A DNA stretch of 64,000 bases from Eledone cirrhosa (lineage: Eukaryota): assembly GCA_964016885.1 (NCBI GenBank), contig OZ024740.1, positions 84,754,001 through 84,818,000 of the forward strand, given 5' to 3'. Below, piece after piece: positions 56,653-64,000 of this stretch (positions within the stretch are counted from its first letter, which is position 1; each line of letters begins with the position of its first letter). Under the pieces are notes generated by a model. It did no database searches, was not told where the DNA came from, and saw only the letters and a list, made by a program, of their open reading frames with translations. Made by a program: the position numbers and the translations under genes.

Positions 56653-57547
56653 ATAAATAATATTACGAATTGCTCACAATTCTTTAGAATGAAAATATAA
56701 ACACAAATATAAACATATAAAACAAATACAATTAACTATTGCAGAGAACCTCACAAATACAACACACCAAAAATATATGACAAGAACGAGAGAACGATAA
56801 ATAAAGGAAACAAAAACGACCAGGAATTCACCACTTCATTTTTAACCCGAAGACAATGCCTATCCAGTAGAGCTACGACCAAAACGGTCCGTGCTTTAAT
56901 CATCAAGTTAATATTTTTGCAAGCATAGAGTATCAAAACAAAATTATACGGCTGTTGTGTTTAGAAAGATGAGTGCTATATAATATAACTCATTGTCTGA
57001 ATATCTCATCTCATCTGTCCCATCAGTAGTGAGCAGAAACCCTACACTTTCATTATAGGTCTTCAACACCTGCATAATTACAGATTAATAAAAAAAAAAA
57101 TTGTGAACAAAAGAATCCAAAGAGACGATCGATAACCTGCCTTGGAAAACAGTGGGTACACGCAGTTCAAGGGTGGAGCAGATATAGTTTGTAAAATTAT
57201 TTATGTAGGTAGCTAATTACCTACATACCTACCGACTGACTGACCAGCTACATGCCTGCCAAGTAGGTAGGTAGGTAGGGGGGCGGGCATGTAGGCAGCA
57301 TGCAAAATAAGCAGTTGGACTGGCTGACAAAGAGATAGACGGACAGATGGAATGACAGACAAACGTGCAGATAGACAGACAAAAACATAGGCAGATGAGC
57401 GAGAGAAAGAGGAGAGAGGGACGGAGATGGATAGATAGATAGATAGTAACGTAGAAAGATTTTGAACCGCAGATCTTCCGATACCTGTTGTGCAAAATAA
57501 TAATCACGATGAAATATTCCACAAGACACAATAGATATTATTTATGC

Positions 57548-57785
57548 AGGGCGGTGGATTGGCAGTATGGGAGGGCGGTGGATTGGCAGTATCGGAGGGC
57601 GGTGGATTGGCAGTATCGGTAGAGTCGGACGCCATGCTTTGCAGCATAGTTACGTCCCTTTACGGTCTGAGTTCAAAACCCGCCGAGGTTTACTTTGCCT
57701 TTCATCCTTACGGGGTCGATAAAATAAAGTACCAGTAATGCACTAGGTAATTACTGGCCTTGTGCCTAAAGTAGAAAAAATTATT
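57548..57785 (+). mobile_element. tRNA-derived SINE with triplicated 24-bp head
   Basis: AGGGCGGTGGATTGGCAGTATCGG x3, then the normal body. Confidence 0.88.
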
Positions 57786-57930
57786 TACAAATATTCTCTC
57801 TTAGATGTAAATATTTGATTTGTAATGAGAGTATTCTCCCTTACAGCATGAAGAGTATTCTCCCTTGAAAAGTAAAATTGTGCTCTTAATTATATATAAA
57901 ATCGCTATTTTAATGGTAATCAAATCATTT

Positions 57931-57962
<32 letters not shown>

Positions 57963-58016
57963 ATCTCATAGGGGTTGTTAATAAAGGAACAAAACTGGGT
58001 ATTATATGATACTATA

Positions 58017-58112
58017 ATTGTTTCTACTTTTGGCACAAGGCCAGCAATTCTCCAGTGCATTACTGGTACTTTATTTTATCAACCCCATAAGGATGAAAGG
58101 CAAAGTTAACCT
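58017..58112 (-). mobile_element. SINE 3' fragment
   Basis: Family 3' half, cut off at the hairpin at 58113. Confidence 0.8.
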
Positions 58113-58364
58113 TGTCTGTTCATATAGAACTATGAATTAGTTGCATTAGATGATACTATGATGCAACTAATTCATATTTCTATATGAACAGACACTTGAT
58201 CAAACGTTTCCAAGCTTAGTGTATCTTGGACTACATTATCCAAAATGCCCTTTATTCTTATTGAGTCAACGGAAATTTGGCTGCTCTTTTGTTGTTAGTT
58301 TTCTTTTTTGTTGTTTTCTTTTTTTTTGGGGGGGGGGGGGTCAGATTGATTACCAATATAGAGA

Positions 58365-59050
58365 CCCAAGAGATGTTGTTCATCTCCATACACAGAAGCA
58401 AAATGGAGGAAATACTCCTGGTATATGGCATACCAAAAGAGACTGTGACTGCAAAATGATGCTGTACAAAGGTACTATTTCCAGATGGTGACACAGTGTT
58501 TTTTTACATCATCACTGGCGTCCTGCAAGTTGATACACTGGCCCCATACCAATTTATAATCTGCCTGGATTATGTACTTCAAACGTCAGTTGACAAGGTG
58601 AAAGAAAACAGCTTCACTCTGAAACCAGTGAGAAGCAGATGCTATCCAGCTAAGATCATTACTGATGCTGACTATGCATATGATCTTGCAATGATATTGG
58701 ATACAATATATGAACAGAATCCTAGTTACACTGTTTAGAGAGGGAAACCAGAGGCATTGGACCCTGTGTAAATGCAGAAAAGACTGAATACAACAAGGAT
58801 GGCACTATAAACTCACTAGTCGGTAAACATTTGAAAGAAGTTGACCAGTTCACTTATCTTGGAAGGAAGATGTTGAAGCAAGGTCTTGCCAAAAGTGACT
58901 TAAACACAAGCATCGGCAAAACTTGGGTTGCCTTGGATAAGCTGACAACGATTTGGAAATCAGAGTTCCCCAAGCAAATAAAATATGAATTCTTCCAAGC
59001 GACAGTGGAGTCAGTCCTGATGTACAGGAATAATAAATGGACATTAAATG
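58365..59050 (+). pseudogene. RTE-X-like RT fragment
   Basis: SIHRSKMEEILLVYGIP, TGVLQVDTLAPYQFIICLDYVL, ITDADYAYDLA, VDQFTYLG. Confidence 0.75.
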
Positions 59051-59260
59051 ATGATGGTGATGATGATATGTTTATATATATATATATAAGAGGTTGTAAA
59101 AATGTTTACTTACAAGAACATTTTGTGTATTATTCAATATAAAACATAAGTCATATATAAATTAGCAGAGGTGTATGTGAAAGTCATATACAATATGTTA
59201 ATGTATGATAAACATATATATGTCTTGCTATGAATATTCTCAGTAGACATGTGAGAACAC

Positions 59261-59298
59261 CAGGCACATGTTTCAGAATTTTTATCCATCATCAGTGA
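59261..59298 (-). ncRNA. Degenerate minimal hammerhead
   Basis: CA-CTGATGA-tggataaaaattct-GAAA-CA tg TG-CC-TG; the U of the cleavage triplet is lost. Confidence 0.4.
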
Positions 59299-59588
59299 CA
59301 TTTACTCAATCAGTACTGAGACAAGAATATGCTATAACCTAGATACTGTTTGCCTATACATCTGTTGGTGATGCTCATTTGCATATAGCGCAAATTTAAC
59401 AAGCTAGTATTAATTAGCAGTAGCACTAACATAGTGTGATTCATAATAGAGTTGTATGTGAAATATTGTTTTTGTTATTAAAAATATTTCACTAAAATGT
59501 GGTAATGATTTTTAATACCAATTTGCCTCTAACTGCCCGTTTCTATGATATGAAACTGTTTGTTTTAAAATGTTAGCATTTAAATTAA

Positions 59589-59809
59589 CCCTTTAGCATT
59601 TAAACAAGCTGTATCTAGCCAGAATTCTCTCACCTCATTTGGTTCAAACCTGCCATAACTAGCCACTCATACTGATGTTACAGCATTGTTCTCAAAATAC
59701 ATAATATCAAAATCTCATAGATTCCATATGATGTGAGATAATTATGTGAGCTAAAGCCTTTACCATGAAAATATAATAGTATATATAGAGTAATGTAAAT
59801 ACTAAAGGG
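59589..59809. mobile_element. piggyBac-like MITE
   Basis: TTAA|CCCTTTAGCATTTA ... TAAATACTAAAGGG|TTAA. Confidence 0.82.
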
Positions 59810-61715
59810 TTAAAACCGTCTATAATTTTATGTAAGAATATTTTGTTAAAGCAGTACTCCTAATATCAGCTTAATAATGAAAAAGTAAAGTCATATGACA
59901 AAATTCTTCCAAATTTTTGTTTATTTTCAGAATATCTTGGGCTATGTATTTCATTAGAATTATGATAACACTTCTGTTATATACCATCTCACGGGAATAT
60001 CTGTGGTTGCAGATAACTATTCCTGTATTAGCTACATTAAAAGAATGTATTAAATTTGATGAATCAATGACCAATGCTGTATTTCTATTTATTGTCTTCT
60101 AAAATTAGCACAAAGTCACAAATTTGAGGCGGGTGTATAAACGATTAAATCAACAGTAATATTTAACTGATTCTTTATTTTATCAAACCTTAAAGGAAGG
60201 TGAATTGAACTTTGGCCAGACTTGAACTCAGAGTGTAAAAAAACTAAATACTGTCGGGTAATTTGTATGTCACTGTAAAAGATTTCTAATTGCCAATGTA
60301 AGCCCCTTTGGGTGGTTCAGGAACTTTGACAGGATCCAGACCTGCTTGCTTCATTTGAACTGCAACATCAAAAAGATAATCATAGCACTCACACCTGGAA
60401 AAAAAACCAGAAAATAATGATATAAAGAGAGCTTAACTAAAGATTTAAGTATAGGCATAGTTGTGTGGTTAAGAAGTTTGCTATATAACCATGTAGTTTC
60501 ATGTTCAGTCCCACTACATGGTACAATGAGCTTCAAATGTAGTATCGGATTGACCAATGTTTTGTGAATGAAATTTAGTAGATAAAAGCTATATGGATAT
60601 GTCATGTGCGTGGGGGGGGTCTGTGTATGTGTCCATGTGAGTGTGTCCGTGTGTGTGTGTATGTGTCTGTATGTAATGGAGCAGCAGAAAATGGTGGAAA
60701 AAATGGAAATGAAAATGAATGAGCGTGTGTAATATTACTAAGAGAAAGGAAGACAAACAAGAAATTGTAGAGAATGATGAGTGCTGTGAATAGAAATGGA
60801 ATAAGATGGCTGGCTCATCTGCTGAAGAAAGAAGAAAGCAAATTGGTGAAAGGAGTGATGGAAATGAATGTGGAAAGAAGTAGAGGAAAAACAAGACCAA
60901 GAAAGACATGACTAAAGATGATGAAAGAGGAAATGAAAGCCAGGTGAGTGTGGAAGAAGGATATAGAAGATAGAGTGGAGAACCTTATCATGGAGCCTCC
61001 AAGACTAACTCCTGCTTTAGTAAAGAAAATAGCCTTAAAATGCTTCATATTGTGTTGTAATGATACCCTAATGAAAACATTCAGATGCACTTGTCTTTCC
61101 TTTGTGAGTGTTGTAGATGTTGTAGTTACTCTTTCACTGGTTTCAATCATTGGACTACTGCCATGCTGGAGCACTGTCATGGAAAGTAAATAGTGTTTAC
61201 AGCATCTAGGTTTCCCAAGTGGTCACCTATGTTATTTATAGCAATGTGAGAAGGTAATATTATAAAAAAAAGAGGATATCAAAGTCATATCAAAATAGTA
61301 TAAAACAATTATTTGTTGATACTTATCAGTATAGAAGGATGAGACAACAAAGATAGATATATATTTAGACAGAGAGACTAAGAGGTAGGAGACACAGGTT
61401 CCGGTGTTAATGCTTAACATTGTTATACACTGTTATATCAATCCCACTACACTGTTATATTGTGTAGTGGGATTGAACCCAGAACATTGTAATTAATAGG
61501 CAAACTTCTTAACAACTCAACCAAGCACCCATATATATAATATCATGATCGTCATCGTCATCACTCCGCCGCTTCCGCCACCATCATCATTGTTATCATC
61601 ATCATCAGCAGCAGCATTGTTGTTGTCATCATATTGACATCGTCATTGTCATTAATGCTCCACAAATTTTGAATTTTTTAACTAGTGTAAATGGTAAAAA
61701 ACACATTTTGTTTAA

Positions 61716-62311
61716 CCCTTTAGCATTTAAACTGGCATTATCTGGCCTGAGTTCTCTCACCTCTTTCTGTTCAAACTGGTCATAACTGTCTGCTCATACC
61801 GACGTTAAAGTATTGTTCTCAAAATCTATATATCTAAAACAGAGAATGTCTGTCTGTCTGTCCGATCACTAAAGCTCGAGAACCACCCAACCGATTGTTT
61901 TCAAACTTTACACATGTAATACTTATGGTCGTGAGTGTTTTGAGAAAAAAATATTTCAAATGTTCAATGCCCTACGGACCACATTAGGCGATCTCTCTCT
62001 ATAATTCTTAGTCTTTCTCTTTTTAGATAGATACATAGATATAACGTTGCGCTTTTATAATATCTGTCTGTATGCCTAGATGTCTGCATTACGACATTAT
62101 GACACAGTGTGTGTGTGTGTATATATTTATATATAGTGTGTGTATATATTTATATATAGTGTGTGTATATATTTATATATAGTGTGTGTATATATAGTGT
62201 GTAACGTTTTTCGAAATATTTACTTCTGCGTTCACAGATTGATTTTTTTAGTTTCAGAAGATCCCGTTAAGGGTGAAAGCAGCGATTCTTTACTTAAACT
62301 TTAATCTGTTA

Positions 62312-62347
<36 letters not shown>

Positions 62348-62589
62348 TATATTCGTGTACAGATATTTTTGCATACACAATAACAAAATATAAACAAACG
62401 CATTTATTTCACGAGGCTCGATAAGGATAAATATATACCAAATAGATAAGAACCCTAGAACAAATCCCAAGCAATGCCGGGCCATTCTGCTAGTAAATAA
62501 TATCAATATCTCATAGATTCAGTATTATGTGAGATAAAACCTTTACCGTGAAAACACTATAGTATATATATATAGTAAATGCTAAAGGG
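61716..62589. mobile_element. piggyBac-like MITE interrupted by a Helitron
   Basis: Same TIRs and body as 59589-59809, split at 61824/62494. Confidence 0.8.
61825..62493 (+). mobile_element. Non-autonomous Helitron
   Basis: A|TCTATATATC...hairpin...CTAG|T, no TSD; empty-site paralog at ~59686-59725. Confidence 0.88.
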
Positions 62590-62614
62590 CTAAGGTATTT
62601 TCTTCAAAAATATC

Positions 62615-63058
62615 TAATAAGATAAGGATGGCTCTTTTGTACCAGGCAGATGCAATGTTTATTTATTTTTACACACATTAAACTTAAATGTTGTTTACAT
62701 TGAAAGTATGATGGTTGCCATCAAGAGAGATAACGCCCAAGGAAGTAAACTGAATAGAGATAGGTAGGAAGAGAGAAAAAAATCCAATTCAAAATCAGAA
62801 CAAAACATTCAACAAAGAAAAAAGTGAGATTTTGAGAGAAAATAGTAACATTAACTCGAACATTCATTACTATACAGTAAAAAACAAGTTTTGACCAAAT
62901 AAACGAAAGGAAGAAAACAGCAACAGATAAAAGGCAAGCAGTTAACACAAAGTGACTGGCCGAGAAAATATATTCTTGGCAGAGTTATATAATGAAGCAA
63001 GCTGCAGGTGACCATGTCTTGATCATACAAAACCGTTTCTGGCTTGTTTTCTACAGCT
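62615..63058 (-). repeat. Second copy of the unclassified ~440-bp repeat
   Basis: Reverse complement of 45007-45445 with indels. Confidence 0.75.
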
Positions 63059-63059
63059 G

Positions 63060-63290
63060 GATGCCCTTCCTAATGCCAACCACATTTACAGTGTGTGCTG
63101 GGTGCTTTATGAGGTGACACCTACATGACCACCTTACAGTGTGCATTGGTCGTTTCTTTTTGTCATGTCTCCTACACAACCACTTTACAGTATTGACTGG
63201 GTGCTTTTTGTCGTGACACCTACATGACCACATTACGATGTGGGCTGGGTGCTTTTTGTCATGACTCCTACATGACTACTTTACATATTC
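63060..63290 (+). repeat. ~47-bp tandem repeat derived from an interspersed repeat tail
   Basis: Units like cactttacagt..ctgggtgctttt..gacacctacatgac; related sequence at 63855-64000. Confidence 0.65.
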
Positions 63291-63367
63291 TAAACCATAT
63301 ACACACACAGCATAACTACACTGTAATATCATACATATTAAATATACAATAGTCAATACACTAATAA

Positions 63368-63550
63368 CTGTTTCTACTTTTGGCACAAGGCCAGCAATTA
63401 CCCAGTTCATTACTGGTACTTTATTTTATCGACCCTGTAAGGATGAAAGGCAAAGTCAACCTCGGCGGGATTTGAACTCAGATCGTAAAGGGACGTAACT
63501 ATGTTGGAAAGCATGGCGTCCGACCCGCCACCGATACTGCCAATCCACTG
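63368..63550 (-). mobile_element. tRNA-derived SINE
   Basis: Full family consensus. Confidence 0.88.
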
Positions 63551-64000
63551 CCCCTGTCAATACACTAATAACATTGCAATAACATACATGTCAAACAATG
63601 CTACATAACGTTAATAATACTGAGTAATGAATGACATGTATTAACACATATTGGTAACATATGCTAGCACACACACACATACAGCCATACACACACACGC
63701 ACACTTACAATCATCATCATCGTCATCTTATAGCCCTTTTCCACACTGGCATGGGTTGAATGAGTTTCATGGGTTGTCACAGTCTGAAACTAGATAGGTC
63801 AGATCAACCCATCTTGTTCATACATTCCATATTTGGCATGTTTTCTATGATTAGATGCCCTTCCTAATGCTAACCACCTTACAGAGTGTACTGGGTGTGT
63901 TTTTTCATGGTACCACTGCTACAACTTTACAGAGTGCACTGGGTACAATTTTTTGTGGTACCAACATTAACACTTTACAAAGTGTACCAGTTATATTATA

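Noticed and set aside
63060-63290. CRISPR-like array (also 6941-7070, 38996-39208, 55163-55219)
   Set aside because: These are plain tandem repeats without unique spacers, in eukaryotic DNA.

Overview
This is AT-rich, microsatellite-saturated animal DNA, most likely intergenic or intronic. The SINE repertoire and (TA)n/(CA)n density suggest an octopus-like cephalopod (inference). No host gene is confidently visible, and most ORF-track entries are microsatellite translations. Recognisable large elements are a head-to-head pair of Naiad-type Penelope-like element (PLE) copies forming a ~9-kb interrupted palindrome (8817-17985), a decayed RepHel Helitron (~18.7-24.7 kb), a near-full Tx1/L1-clade LINE (27.9-33.7 kb), a Neptune-type PLE 3' fragment (38.8-40.5 kb) and a very young CsRn1-clade Gypsy LTR element (48380-53838). 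There are also many tRNA-derived SINEs, MITEs and LINE fragments. The most striking signal is non-coding. At least seven unrelated sequence families inserted in (TA)n tracts carry minimal type I hammerhead ribozyme folds, several with non-canonical cores (U3-A8, U4C, ~75-90-nt stem II). They are arranged as fold-back hairpins with a one-sided tail or as partial tandem (retrozyme-like) units, and many are nested inside the microsatellite 3' UTR of the Naiad. All folds and alignments were made by eye and need computational and biochemical confirmation.
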